From Planctomycetota bacterium (GTDB lineage Bacteria > Planctomycetota > UBA8742 > UBA2392), in contig JAHBYA010000001.1 of NCBI GenBank assembly GCA_019636195.1, positions 98,642-162,641 on the forward strand: DNA of 64,000 bases. The letters are read 5' to 3'. A program made the translations under genes and the position numbers. Under the pieces are notes generated by a model that was not told the DNA's origin, searched no databases, and saw nothing but the letters and a program-made list of their open reading frames with translations. The stretch's first letter is position 1. Every line of letters starts with the position of its first letter. Shown piece after piece: positions 18,888-28,815 of this stretch.

Positions 18888-18952
18888 GGCGATACCCTTG
18901 GCCAATCGGGGGAGGCTACAGCATAGCGGCCGAGCGGGCGGGGGCAAGCCTG

Positions 18953-19699
18953 CTATTGGCCCTGCTTACGCCGCTCAATCTCTTCGCGGGCCTTTTCAAG
19001 GGCGCTCTTGTCGATCTTGCGGGTCTGCATTTTCAGGCGCGCCTTGGCCAGCTTGACGATTGCCTCGGCGACTTCGTCGGGCGACATACTGCTGGTGTCG
19101 ATTTCAACGGCGTCCAGCGCCTTGCGCAGGCCGCCCAGTTCGCGACCCATATCCAGGTAGTCGCGCTTGCTGACGTCTTCAAGCACTTCTTCGTAACTGG
19201 AATCGATGCCTCGCTGCTTCAGTTCAGCGTGGCGGCGGCGCGCCCGCACTTCGGGCGTTGCGAACATGTAGATCTTCAGGCTTGCCCGGGGAAACACCAA
19301 GGTGCCCTGGTCGCGACCTTCGGTGACGAGGTCACCCTGCTCACCGATCTTGCGCTGTTGTTCAACCAGCAGGTTGCGCACCTGCATCACGTCGGCGACA
19401 TAGTGGATGTTGCGGGTGACTTCGGGCGTCCGGATCTTCTCGGTTACCTCTTCGGCGCCGAGGAATACGCGCATCGGCCCTTCCAGCGTCAGTTCTACGC
19501 GAAGGTCCAGATCAGCCAGCGTTCCGGCAACAGCCTTCGGGTCATCCAGCCGCACGCCCTTGCGCATGCAGTGCAGCGTCACGGCCCGATACATCGCGCC
19601 GGTGTCCAGATAGCTCAGGCCCAACCGCAAGGCCGTCAGGCGGGCGATCGTGCTTTTGCCGGCTCCGGAGGGCCCGTCAATCGTGATGATGTTCGACAT
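18953..19699 (-). CDS. cmk: Cytidylate kinase
   Basis: ITIDGPSGAGKST P-loop and Cmk family conservation, with a ~25-aa charged C-terminal tail. Confidence 0.85.
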   Translation of the reverse strand: MSNIITIDGPSGAGKSTIARLTALRLGLSYLDTGAMYRAVTLHCMRKGVRLDDPKAVAGTLADLDLRVELTLEGPMRVFLGAEEVTEKIRTPEVTRNIHYVADVMQVRNLLVEQQRKIGEQGDLVTEGRDQGTLVFPRASLKIYMFATPEVRARRRHAELKQRGIDSSYEEVLEDVSKRDYLDMGRELGGLRKALDAVEIDTSSMSPDEVAEAIVKLAKARLKMQTRKIDKSALEKAREEIERRKQGQ

Positions 19700-19738
19700 G
19701 GGGTTGATTCAACTTTGCCCTGTTGCCCGTTCAACGGA

Positions 19739-22700
19739 TTACTTGCCCTCAAGTCCCACCTTGAGCTTCATGGCGTGGCCGGTGACGCGGGTAACCATGG
19801 TGCGTTGCATGCCCGCGGGGTCAGTGTCACGTTGCAGCAGGCTGACCTGCCCGATGCCTTCAAGCCCCAGGCCTGAGTCCGGCGGCAGCACCACGCGGGC
19901 GCCCCGCAGTACCAGTGCCCCGTCGGCGCGCCTGACAAGTGACTCTCCCGACACACGATAGGCGTCGCGGCTGACGTCAATCGGCCCGTCACAATCCACG
20001 CCGACGATCTCGCCCAGGCCATTGAACGTGACCAGCACGTTGCGCATCGAAAGGTTCAAGTCCGGCGTGTCCGCACTTGTCGCTTGAAACGTGCCGAGTA
20101 CCGCGCCGCGGCCGGCAACATCCACCAGCGGCCGCAGCAGCGCCTCTGCCCGTTGCAGCGCGCTCCAGGCCACCCTGTTGGCGTCGCCGCTTGCAACCTG
20201 AAGGGCGTCGGGCGCCAGCAATCGGCAGGCGAGTTCAAGCTCGGCCATCGCGAGGCGAGGTTGTTCAAGCTCAATGGCTGGGCGATCGTCCTGGCGCAAA
20301 GCAGACTGCAGGTGCGCCAGCGCAGCGCACGCCGCAGCATAACGGGTGTATGCAGGCCTGGTTGTGTCTGTCGCCACGATCAGCGCCCGTCGCGTGCCAC
20401 CTAGTCCCGTACGGTCCGCGCTGTCAATCGGCCGCAGTGTCACTTCAAGGCGGTCACCGGCGCGCAGTATCCAGGCGCCGTCATAGGCGAACGCCCCGGA
20501 TCTGACGTAGTCGCCAAAGAACTCCACAGCGCTGTCAATGCGCAACTCACTGTGACCGAGCAGCACCCCGGTGAACGGGCGCTGCTCGTGCAGTTGTTCT
20601 TCGGCGCCGGCGAGTTCAATGGCGTCCTGCGCGTAGGCCTGCACGCCATCGATGCGCGAGCGCACAATTGCGTCGCCCTCCAGGCGCAGCACGTTGACGC
20701 GCCCCGCCGCCCCCGCCTCGTCAACTTCGATGCTGCGCAACACAGCCCGCCTGCCGCTGATGAAATGCAGGCCCATCACGTCCGGCTGTTCGAGCTCAGC
20801 CAGGTCGTTGACCGCTGTTCGCCCGGCGCGCGGCAATTCAAACTCGCCATACACCAGGTGTGCCGCAGGCCCGGAGATTTCCAACAGCCGCTCGCCACCC
20901 GACGTTTCGGCATGGCAGTCGCCCGCGAAGTCCAGCCAGCCAGCGTCCGGCTGCGGCAGCTCACGCCCGGCGGGTGCTCGCCTTGGAAGTCTGCCGAGTG
21001 CTTGCCGAAAGTAGGCCACACTTTCGCGGTCACGCGCGATAAGGCGCCCTGGGCCGCCGATGGTGGTCAGGCGCGCTCCCCCCGTCTCGCGCATCTCAAA
21101 GCGCGGCGTCAGGAGCAGATCGTAGCCCATGGTGGCAACTGCCGACGCGCCGGGTAACGCAATCAGGTCTGCCGCAGCAAGGTCGCCCTGTCGGATCTCA
21201 AGCGACACGAAGTCGCCGGTAAGGGTGACCAAGCCGGTGTCGTCGCGCGGTAACACTTCATGGTCAAGGGTCACGCTGCCTTTGCCAGCGATGCGCAGGT
21301 CCTGGCCGGCTATGCCGAGGTCAAGGGTGGTTGCAGCGCGCAACGTAAGTCTGCCGTCCCGCGGGGCAGGCAGGCCTTGCGCACGGCGCGGGCGAAGCCC
21401 CAGCGCTGTCCGCATCACATCGGCGAGCGGAAAGTCCGATGCCAGCACAGCCATCACGTCCGGCCCTGATACTCGCACTTCTGTGGACTCGCCGACCATC
21501 GTGCCATCAGCGCGGGCCCCGTAGATTGTGGCGCGCACGAGTTGATAGTCGGTACCCTGGCGCGGCACAGCGCCTTCGTAAACGCGTAGCAGCGGTGAGT
21601 ACCCCTCAGCGACTGCATCAAACGAGTGGCTGTAACTGCCCTCAGAATCCTGCCACGAGAACAGCCGCACTTGCCGGCCAACGACCAGCCAGTCGGCTCG
21701 GCCGTTACTCAACTGCTGTACACGCGCCCGGTTGGAAACCTCAACCTCAATCTGGCGCGGCTCAACGGCCGGGGCATTCAGGTCAATGAATCCCGAGGCA
21801 CGCATGTTCAGGGCCACCGGTACGCCGGACGAGTTCTGGCCGCGATGCAGGGTCAGGTCCGGCTCACCCGACAGGCGCAGCTCGTTGGCGCCGTCCAGTT
21901 CGCGAAATCGCAGCACTGACCCGTGGCCGCTTACATCAGGCGCGGTGATGCGGACGTTCTGGCTGGCATCCATCTCCAGCGCGGCCAGCGCCGTTGATCG
22001 CTGCCCGCCGTCACGCAGCGGCTGTACGTTGCCGCGCAATTCAATGTAGCCGGACGTGACTTCGAAGGTCTGCGGTGGTTCCTGTGCGCCCTCGGGCTTC
22101 AGGACCATGCTTGCCCGCCGCAACAGGCTCAGACGCGCGCGATTGACCGACTGGCCGGGGGCCGGCGCAATTTCGAGTGCCGCATCGCCGAAGCAGCTCA
22201 GGTTCACTGTTGCGGGCCCGGTTTCAACAGTCTCAAGCGACGGCAGGCGCTCAATGCGCACGTCCATGCGCGCGCCGCGGGTGCCCTTGATTTCAATGCG
22301 CTGAAAGCGCAGGCGACGGTCGTCGGGCTTGTCTCCCTGTTGCTCAATCTCCAGGGCGATGGTCGGGTCCTGCATGGTCGCTTTGACAAGGCCGTCACCG
22401 GTGCGCAGCGCCGCTTCGCCCTTACAGACCATGGCCAGAGTAATGACAGGCGCGAACGAGAACTTGCCGCTGCCCGGCGGCAGTACCAGCTCGCCGCCGT
22501 CCGGCAGCACGGCGTTCATTTGGGTGGCGGCGGTGAACTCGCGGCTCGCCGGCGTGTACGTGAATTCGCTGCAGGTCATGATGAACGAGCCGTCACGCCG
22601 CGTGATGCTGAGTTTCGCGTCCTCGACATGCACCCGGCCGTCCGGCCGTTTGCGTGCGTACTTGCCTTCCAGCACGCCCTGGCGCAGGCCCTGTGCGTCC

Positions 22701-22828
22701 AGCAGGACCAGCCGCAGGTTTTCCACTTCCAGTCGATTGATGTCAGGCAGGTTTTGCGCAGCCATCACCGTGCAGCACACGGTCAGCAGCAGTGCTGCAC
22801 ATACGCGCGCCAGCGTCATTCGGTCCAC
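19739..22828 (-). CDS. Large hypothetical secreted / periplasmic protein (1029 aa). It is beta-rich and repetitive and might have an AsmA/TamB-like or LptC/OstA-like fold.
   Basis: N-terminal signal/anchor. No recognisable enzymatic motifs. Its start overlaps the cdaR-like gene by 13 nt, so it is operonic with cdaA-cdaR. Confidence 0.55.
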   Translation of the reverse strand: MDRMTLARVCAALLLTVCCTVMAAQNLPDINRLEVENLRLVLLDAQGLRQGVLEGKYARKRPDGRVHVEDAKLSITRRDGSFIMTCSEFTYTPASREFTAATQMNAVLPDGGELVLPPGSGKFSFAPVITLAMVCKGEAALRTGDGLVKATMQDPTIALEIEQQGDKPDDRRLRFQRIEIKGTRGARMDVRIERLPSLETVETGPATVNLSCFGDAALEIAPAPGQSVNRARLSLLRRASMVLKPEGAQEPPQTFEVTSGYIELRGNVQPLRDGGQRSTALAALEMDASQNVRITAPDVSGHGSVLRFRELDGANELRLSGEPDLTLHRGQNSSGVPVALNMRASGFIDLNAPAVEPRQIEVEVSNRARVQQLSNGRADWLVVGRQVRLFSWQDSEGSYSHSFDAVAEGYSPLLRVYEGAVPRQGTDYQLVRATIYGARADGTMVGESTEVRVSGPDVMAVLASDFPLADVMRTALGLRPRRAQGLPAPRDGRLTLRAATTLDLGIAGQDLRIAGKGSVTLDHEVLPRDDTGLVTLTGDFVSLEIRQGDLAAADLIALPGASAVATMGYDLLLTPRFEMRETGGARLTTIGGPGRLIARDRESVAYFRQALGRLPRRAPAGRELPQPDAGWLDFAGDCHAETSGGERLLEISGPAAHLVYGEFELPRAGRTAVNDLAELEQPDVMGLHFISGRRAVLRSIEVDEAGAAGRVNVLRLEGDAIVRSRIDGVQAYAQDAIELAGAEEQLHEQRPFTGVLLGHSELRIDSAVEFFGDYVRSGAFAYDGAWILRAGDRLEVTLRPIDSADRTGLGGTRRALIVATDTTRPAYTRYAAACAALAHLQSALRQDDRPAIELEQPRLAMAELELACRLLAPDALQVASGDANRVAWSALQRAEALLRPLVDVAGRGAVLGTFQATSADTPDLNLSMRNVLVTFNGLGEIVGVDCDGPIDVSRDAYRVSGESLVRRADGALVLRGARVVLPPDSGLGLEGIGQVSLLQRDTDPAGMQRTMVTRVTGHAMKLKVGLEGK

Positions 22829-24093
22829 TCGATTGAGAGCCCCGAAACTTGCAGGTAGCGTTCGTCCGTGACGCCTTCACCGGGGTAGCGCACCGTCAGG
22901 CGTTCGCGGTTGATCAGCAGCGAGTAGTACATCTGCGGCCGCGGTTTCGCCACGAAGCGCCCTACGCCGCCATCAGGCGCCTCAATCAGGAAGTCGGACT
23001 CGGACATCTGGGAAAGGTCCACCACCACCCGCAAGTTGCGGTCAGTGAAGTTCGCGCGCTGGCTTGAAAGCACGCGCAGTGTCACCGGCAACTCGTTTTC
23101 GATATCCCTGACGCGCGCGCCCTTCTGCACCAGCCAGTTGGGCAAAAGCACATTCACACGAAACCGGCCCTCTACCCGGATCCAGTCCTGCTCGCGCGTA
23201 AAGTGAATCTCAACTGCCACCTGGGTCGCCGGCTGTGCGCGCGGAGCGCCGCCGGGCGCTTCACTGGGAATGACCTGCTGCACGGCAATGTCTTCGCGCG
23301 GCACCAGCGAGACGATCGTCGAGTGCTTGCTGTCCTGCCCGAGCACCTCTTCCACCGGCCGGTTCAATGTAGCCGCCTTGTTGGCCGCGAACTCGCCCAC
23401 ATCAAGCCGTGATATCACCAGCCGCACCATCTCGTTCGCGCCGGTCAACGCGTCAACCTTGCCGGCTGGCCCGCGTACCTGCAGCTGAGTGTCAGCCGGT
23501 ACGGACGCCTTCCACTGATAGCCGGGCACACTGCCGACGACGTTTGTGCTGAGGTCAACCCAGGCACGGCGCGTAACGAAGGCCTCAAGCGTAACTTCGT
23601 ACACCTTGTCCCCGGTCAGGGGCCTGATGTTGAGCTCGGCAGGGATGCCGCCTTCGGCGTTGGCGGGCAGGCGGGACAAGTCCACGCGAATTGTCACCTG
23701 CTTCTTGCCGCGCGCATCCGGCGGCAGGTTGTCCGGTTCAATGCGGTAGAGAAAGCTGTAGCGGCCGGGGTTATCGTCCAGTTCGCTGGCAAAGTCGTTG
23801 ATGCGCTTGGTAGGGCCTGAGACGTCCAGCGACACCGGCACGATCTGGGCCGAAGATATGCGCCAATCGTTCTTGAGCTCCTCGGCAAGTTCGTACTTCA
23901 GGCGCGACGAATCCCGAAGCGTGCGCGTGACCGACACCATGTCTCGCGCAATCCACCACACCAGCACAGCCAGCGTAATCAGCACCACATGCACCGTGAT
24001 GTTAAGGGGCAAGCGGCGCTGGACGGCACGGGTTTCGCCGCGTCTTGATGCTGCGGGCGCCTTGGCCCCGCTGATGGTGGTGGATCCGCTCAT
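22816..24093 (-). CDS. cdaR: YbbR-domain protein (CdaR-like regulator of diadenylate cyclase)
   Basis: N-terminal TM followed by repeated YbbR-like beta-rich modules. Lies immediately downstream of cdaA with a 4-nt overlap. Confidence 0.6.
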   Translation of the reverse strand: MSGSTTISGAKAPAASRRGETRAVQRRLPLNITVHVVLITLAVLVWWIARDMVSVTRTLRDSSRLKYELAEELKNDWRISSAQIVPVSLDVSGPTKRINDFASELDDNPGRYSFLYRIEPDNLPPDARGKKQVTIRVDLSRLPANAEGGIPAELNIRPLTGDKVYEVTLEAFVTRRAWVDLSTNVVGSVPGYQWKASVPADTQLQVRGPAGKVDALTGANEMVRLVISRLDVGEFAANKAATLNRPVEEVLGQDSKHSTIVSLVPREDIAVQQVIPSEAPGGAPRAQPATQVAVEIHFTREQDWIRVEGRFRVNVLLPNWLVQKGARVRDIENELPVTLRVLSSQRANFTDRNLRVVVDLSQMSESDFLIEAPDGGVGRFVAKPRPQMYYSLLINRERLTVRYPGEGVTDERYLQVSGLSIEWTE

Positions 24094-24884
24094 GGCTGCA
24101 CCGCCGGCTGGCTTTCGGGCACTGCCGCAGCAAGCGCATCACCGAGGTTATCGCGCAGGAACCGCTCAAGCTGGTCGCGCGAAAGGTCCTGCACAAGCTC
24201 GCCGCGCATGGCCACGCTGACTTTGCCGGTCTCTTCGCTGATGATGATGACCAGTGCATCCGTCTCTTCGCTCAAGCCGATGCCCGCGCGGTGGCGTGTG
24301 CCCAGGCGCTTGCTGACGTCCGGGTTTTCCGTCAGCGGAAACAGGCATCCGGCGGCAACCACGCGGCTGCCGCGAACGATGATGGCGCCGTCGTGCAGCG
24401 GGTTCCCGGGGTAGAATATGCTGTCAATCAGCTCGGGTGTGAACAGCGCATCCAGCTCGATGCCGCGCTCGATATAGTTGCGCAGGCCCACGCCGCGCTC
24501 GATGGCCATCAAGCCGCCGGTCTTGGCGCGCGCGAGCCGGAAGACAGTGGCCACCATGCGCGGCACCAGGTCTTCGCGCTTGGCAAGGATGCGCAGAAAC
24601 ATGCGGTTCTGGCCGATGCGTGAAAGGCCACGCCGCAATTCAGGTTGAAACACAACCAGCACGGCAATGAACAGGTAGTCCACCACCTTCTCGAGCAGCT
24701 TTTCGATGCGGTAAAGGCCCAGCGTGTCAGCCACGAGGTAAATGCTGATCAGCAGCAGCGTGAAGATGATCGCCACGCCGCGGAGTGCGCTGTCGCCCGT
24801 GCTGCCCTTTACGAACTTGTACACAAGCAGCAGGAACAAGTAGATGAGGAGGATCTCGACCCCGTAAATGAGATACTCGGTCAT
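24090..24884 (-). CDS. cdaA: Diadenylate cyclase CdaA (DisA_N / DAC domain, membrane-anchored)
   Basis: Three N-terminal TM helices. DAC motifs DGAIIV, RHRAGIGLSEETDA and LVIIISEETG. Confidence 0.85.
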   Translation of the reverse strand: MTEYLIYGVEILLIYLFLLLVYKFVKGSTGDSALRGVAIIFTLLLISIYLVADTLGLYRIEKLLEKVVDYLFIAVLVVFQPELRRGLSRIGQNRMFLRILAKREDLVPRMVATVFRLARAKTGGLMAIERGVGLRNYIERGIELDALFTPELIDSIFYPGNPLHDGAIIVRGSRVVAAGCLFPLTENPDVSKRLGTRHRAGIGLSEETDALVIIISEETGKVSVAMRGELVQDLSRDQLERFLRDNLGDALAAAVPESQPAVQP

Positions 24885-25747
24885 CCGTCCCCCCGCGCGA
24901 GCATGGCCCGCGCCACCAGCAAGGCACGCTTCATCGGCCCGACTTCATGCACACGCAGCACGGCCGCGCCCTGCATTGCACCCACCAGGCCGGCCGCGAG
25001 GCTTTCAGGCTCGCGGTCGTGCACCGGCGCGCCCGTCAACGCACCCAGCGTTGACTTGCGCGATACGCCCAGCAACAGCGGCAGCCCCAGCGCCGCCAGT
25101 TCCGGCAGCCGGCGCACCAGCGCCACGTTGTGCGCCGGAAGTTTACCAAAGCCGAAACCGGGGTCTATCCACAGGTGATTGCGCGGGATCCCCGCCGCGG
25201 TTGCTGCACTCACGCGGTCTTGAAGGTGCGCCGCCACCTCACGCAAGACATCTCCGTACTCGGGATCAGACTGCATGGTTCGCGGCGTGCCTTTCATGTG
25301 CATGAGCACCAGCAGGCACCCCCGCCGGGCGCACAGGGCAAACATGGCTGGATCAGTGCCCGCGGACACGTCGTTTACGATGTCGGCGCCCGCGTCCAGG
25401 GCGGCCTGGGCGACCTCGGCCTTCATGGTGTCAATGCTGATCGGCGTGTTGACGCGCCCCCGCAGCGCGCGAATCACGGGCACCACGCGCGCAATCTCTT
25501 CGCTGGCGCTGACGGGCAATGCGCCGGGCCGGGTTGATTCACCGCCAATGTCCAGCACGTCCGCACCTTCGCGCACAAGTTGCAGGGCATGCGTGACAGC
25601 CGCGTCGCGGTCAACGAATGAACCGCCGTCACTGAAGCTGTCCGGCGTAACGTTGACTATGCCCATCAGCATCGGCCATGGCTCAGCCAACGCTGCTGTC
25701 GGGGTTCTGTAGAAATGCTCCGGCAGGGACATGGGTGCAGGATGCAT
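24881..25747 (-). CDS. folP: Dihydropteroate synthase
   Basis: Pterin-binding domain (GIVNVTPDSFSDGG…DIGGESTRPG…). Start chosen at an internal Met about 20 aa before the conserved region; the track ORF extends to 25825. Confidence 0.8.
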   Translation of the reverse strand: MHPAPMSLPEHFYRTPTAALAEPWPMLMGIVNVTPDSFSDGGSFVDRDAAVTHALQLVREGADVLDIGGESTRPGALPVSASEEIARVVPVIRALRGRVNTPISIDTMKAEVAQAALDAGADIVNDVSAGTDPAMFALCARRGCLLVLMHMKGTPRTMQSDPEYGDVLREVAAHLQDRVSAATAAGIPRNHLWIDPGFGFGKLPAHNVALVRRLPELAALGLPLLLGVSRKSTLGALTGAPVHDREPESLAAGLVGAMQGAAVLRVHEVGPMKRALLVARAMLARGDG

Positions 25748-25781
25748 TGGCTGATGCGAGGCGTGAAGTGAGTGAAGCTGA

Positions 25782-26156
25782 CTAAGTGCCGTCGGCTTCG
25801 CGGGCGGCCTTGAGCATTGCAACAACGTCGGGCCTTCTGGCGTCGGCGGCCCTGGTCAGCTTGATGTGGCGTAGGTCCTTGCCTGTGCCTTTGAGGATCT
25901 TCTCGCCGCCGGGCAGGTGCGCGCCGCGCCAGAATTGAAGGTTCACGTGCTTTCGCGCCACGACAATGCTGATGATGTTCCCGTTGCCCGTGTAGCAGAA
26001 CCAGCCCCACTTCACGACTGGGACAGCATGCGGAATGTGCTTCTCGATCATGGCGATTGCAGCATTGACGACAGGCCCCAACGGCCGACCAAGGCGCCGC
26101 ACGTAACTACGCGGACTTTCGTCGGCCATTGCCTTGAGAGTCTTCTGAGAGCCCAT
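25782..26156 (-). CDS. DUF1801 (YdhG-like) domain protein
   Basis: 124 aa. Weak pattern match (KHVNLQFWRGAHLP…GKDLRHIKL). Positioned between ftsH and folP. Confidence 0.4.
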   Translation of the reverse strand: MGSQKTLKAMADESPRSYVRRLGRPLGPVVNAAIAMIEKHIPHAVPVVKWGWFCYTGNGNIISIVVARKHVNLQFWRGAHLPGGEKILKGTGKDLRHIKLTRAADARRPDVVAMLKAAREADGT

Positions 26157-26176
26157 GGTCAGCCCGATCCGGCAAG

Positions 26177-28246
26177 TCAGGCGGTGCCGGGTTGCTCAGC
26201 CGCAAAGCCCGGCTTGGCGTCGGGCTTGGGCCGCTCTTTGGCTTCTTCCATGGCGCGGTGCTTGGCGGCGGCCTGTTCGCGCTTGTACTCTTCTTCGACC
26301 TGCTTGCGGTGCGCATCAAGGTCGCCACTCTTGAGGATGATCATCAGGTCTTCGTGGTCGAGCGTTTCGTACTTCAGCAGCGCCTCGGCAATCGCCACCA
26401 GCTTCTCGCGGTTGCCTTCAATCAACTTGACGGTGCGTGCCCACGCCTCATCGATCAGACGGCGCATTTCTTCGTCGATCGCGCGCTTCGTTTCATCACT
26501 GAAGTCGCCCGGGCGCAGCACGGCTTGCCCGCCGTAGGTCTGGTCCTCATCGCCCGCGAAATTCAGGAAGCCGAGGCGTTCACTCATGCCCCATTCCGTG
26601 ACCATCTTGCGCGCGATGTTGGTGGCTTGCTGGATGTCGCTGGCTGCGCCGGCGTCAATTTCGCCGAACACGATATGTTCCGCCGCACGGCCGCCCATGG
26701 TGACCATCAACAGTTGCTCGGCGCGGCCGCGCGGCATGCCGTAGCGGTCGCGGTCAGGCAGGCTCATGGTTGCACCCAGTGCGCGCCCGCGCGGAATGAT
26801 GGTGACCTTGTGGACCTTGTCGGTCTTTTCGGTCATTTCCTGGACAAGGGCGTGGCCGGCTTCGTGGTAGGCCGTGAGGCGCTTTTCGTCCTCTTCCATG
26901 ACACGTGAGCGCTTCTGGCGCCCGAAGGCAACGCGGTCGCGCGCTTCCAGCATGCACTCGCGGTCAATCTCATCCAGGTTGCGGATGACGGCGATCAGCG
27001 CGGCCTCGTTGACGATGTTCATGATGTCTGCGCCTGAAAAGCCCGGAATCAACTTGGCGATTTCGTGCGCGTCCACGGTGGGCCCGGCTTTGACTTTCTT
27101 CAGGTGCACGCGCAGGATTTCTTCGCGGCCCTTCAGGTCGGGCAGGTCAATGTACACTTGGCGGTCAAAGCGGCCGGGGCGCAGCAGCGCGTTGTCCAGC
27201 ACGTCAGGCCGGTTGGTGGCGGCAAGGATGATCACGCCTTCGCTGCTGCCGATGCCGTCCATTTCAACAAGCAGGGCATTCAGCGTCTGTTCGCGCTCGT
27301 CGTGGCCGCCACCGACGCCCGTGCCGCGTCTGCGGCCGACGGCGTCAATTTCGTCGATGAACACGATGCAGGGCGCGTTTTCGCGGGCGCTGCGAAACAG
27401 GTCGCGCACACGCGAAGCGCCCACGCCAACGAACATCTCCACGAAGTCAGAGCCGCTGATGCTGAAAAACGGGCGGTCAGCTTCGCCGGCAATGGCCTTG
27501 GCCAGCAGCGTCTTGCCGCAGCCCGGCGGCCCGATCAGAAGCATGCCCTTGGGAATCTTGGCGCCTAGCCGCGTGAAGCGCTGCGGATTGCGCAGGAACT
27601 CGACCACTTCAGCCACTTCTTCCTTGGCCTCGTCGGCGCCGGCGACGTCATTGAACGTGACTGTGACGTCTTCCTTGGTGAACATCTTGGCGCGCGACTT
27701 GCCGAACGCCATGACGCCGCCCCCAAGGGGACCGCCCGCGCGCCGGAAGAAGAAGAACCAGATCAATGCAACAATGATGACGAACGGGACAATGTTCTTG
27801 AGGAACCAGCCAAGGTTGTCGCTGGCTTGTTCTGTTTCAATCTTCACGCCGCGCAGCAGGCTCTTTTCGTTCTCGCCGGCCTTCTCATGCTGCTCAAGCC
27901 ACACGCGCCATGTGTTGTTGTCGATTTCAGAGGTGAAGTTCTGGGCTTCGCCCTGCGGCACGTTGGCGTACTTGCCCTTGATGTGAACGATGTTGCCCGA
28001 CTCAGGCACCTTGACCTGCATCGACTCCACTTCGTTCTTCTCAAGCTTGGCGCGCAGCTGCGTGACCGAGATCTTCTCGGCGCCGCCGTCCATCTCAACT
28101 ACGGCCATCAGCACCAGCAGCATCAGCATGGCGCCCAGCGCCAGCACGAACAGCGGCACGCCGCGACCGCGCTTGCCCGGGGGGCCTGAGCGGCGGGAAT
28201 CTTCGGGTTTCAGCTCGTCTTTCATCCGTTTCCTGAGTTGATTCAA
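26177..28246 (-). CDS. ftsH: ATP-dependent zinc metalloprotease FtsH
   Basis: AAA+ Walker [12 protein letters not shown] region, and HEAGHAL zinc site. Confidence 0.9.
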   Translation of the reverse strand: MNQLRKRMKDELKPEDSRRSGPPGKRGRGVPLFVLALGAMLMLLVLMAVVEMDGGAEKISVTQLRAKLEKNEVESMQVKVPESGNIVHIKGKYANVPQGEAQNFTSEIDNNTWRVWLEQHEKAGENEKSLLRGVKIETEQASDNLGWFLKNIVPFVIIVALIWFFFFRRAGGPLGGGVMAFGKSRAKMFTKEDVTVTFNDVAGADEAKEEVAEVVEFLRNPQRFTRLGAKIPKGMLLIGPPGCGKTLLAKAIAGEADRPFFSISGSDFVEMFVGVGASRVRDLFRSARENAPCIVFIDEIDAVGRRRGTGVGGGHDEREQTLNALLVEMDGIGSSEGVIILAATNRPDVLDNALLRPGRFDRQVYIDLPDLKGREEILRVHLKKVKAGPTVDAHEIAKLIPGFSGADIMNIVNEAALIAVIRNLDEIDRECMLEARDRVAFGRQKRSRVMEEDEKRLTAYHEAGHALVQEMTEKTDKVHKVTIIPRGRALGATMSLPDRDRYGMPRGRAEQLLMVTMGGRAAEHIVFGEIDAGAASDIQQATNIARKMVTEWGMSERLGFLNFAGDEDQTYGGQAVLRPGDFSDETKRAIDEEMRRLIDEAWARTVKLIEGNREKLVAIAEALLKYETLDHEDLMIILKSGDLDAHRKQVEEEYKREQAAAKHRAMEEAKERPKPDAKPGFAAEQPGTA

Positions 28247-28281
28247 CCTGCAAATCTAACACCCGCAAGGGCGCGCTTCTT

Positions 28282-28815
28282 TCAACTGTTACGGGGCGCC
28301 CACTCGACGTCCGCGGCTGTGTCGAGAATCTCGCGCGCCAGGTCGCGCCACAAGCGATCAAGACCTTCGCGTCGCGTGTCGCCAAGGCCGGGCGCGTAGC
28401 TCTGCGACACGGTCAGCGTGCGCCGCACGCGCCCGCCGGCAAAGGCCTCTCCGCTGGCCTCGACCAGTACGGTTGCGCGCAGTTGAACCTCTACGGGCTC
28501 ACCCGTATCAAGGTCTTCGATCTGGATGGGCTCGGAAAACCTGATCAGCGACACCCGCAACCGCACGTCCGGCGGCCCGCCGGTATGCTTGAAACGCCGG
28601 TCGGTGGCGATTTCATCCTTCAACCTCCGGCCAAGCTCGTACTCAAGACCCGGCCGGTTGGGATAGGTGCGGTTGTCCACGGTGTCGAACTCAAGCACGC
28701 GCACCTCGGCGCCGTCGGCCGACGCAGTCCAGCGATAGCCGCAGCCGCACACCAGCCAGAGCACGGCGGCGATCGCACCGGCGGCCGCGAACCGCACATG
28801 GGTCCGGCGGTTCAT
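28282..28815 (-). CDS. LptE-like LPS-assembly lipoprotein (tentative)
   Basis: Lipobox-like CGCGYRW, similar to E. coli LptE AGCGWHLR; ~175 aa. Start uncertain (28815 or 28860). Confidence 0.4.
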   Translation of the reverse strand: MNRRTHVRFAAAGAIAAVLWLVCGCGYRWTASADGAEVRVLEFDTVDNRTYPNRPGLEYELGRRLKDEIATDRRFKHTGGPPDVRLRVSLIRFSEPIQIEDLDTGEPVEVQLRATVLVEASGEAFAGGRVRRTLTVSQSYAPGLGDTRREGLDRLWRDLAREILDTAADVEWAPRNS

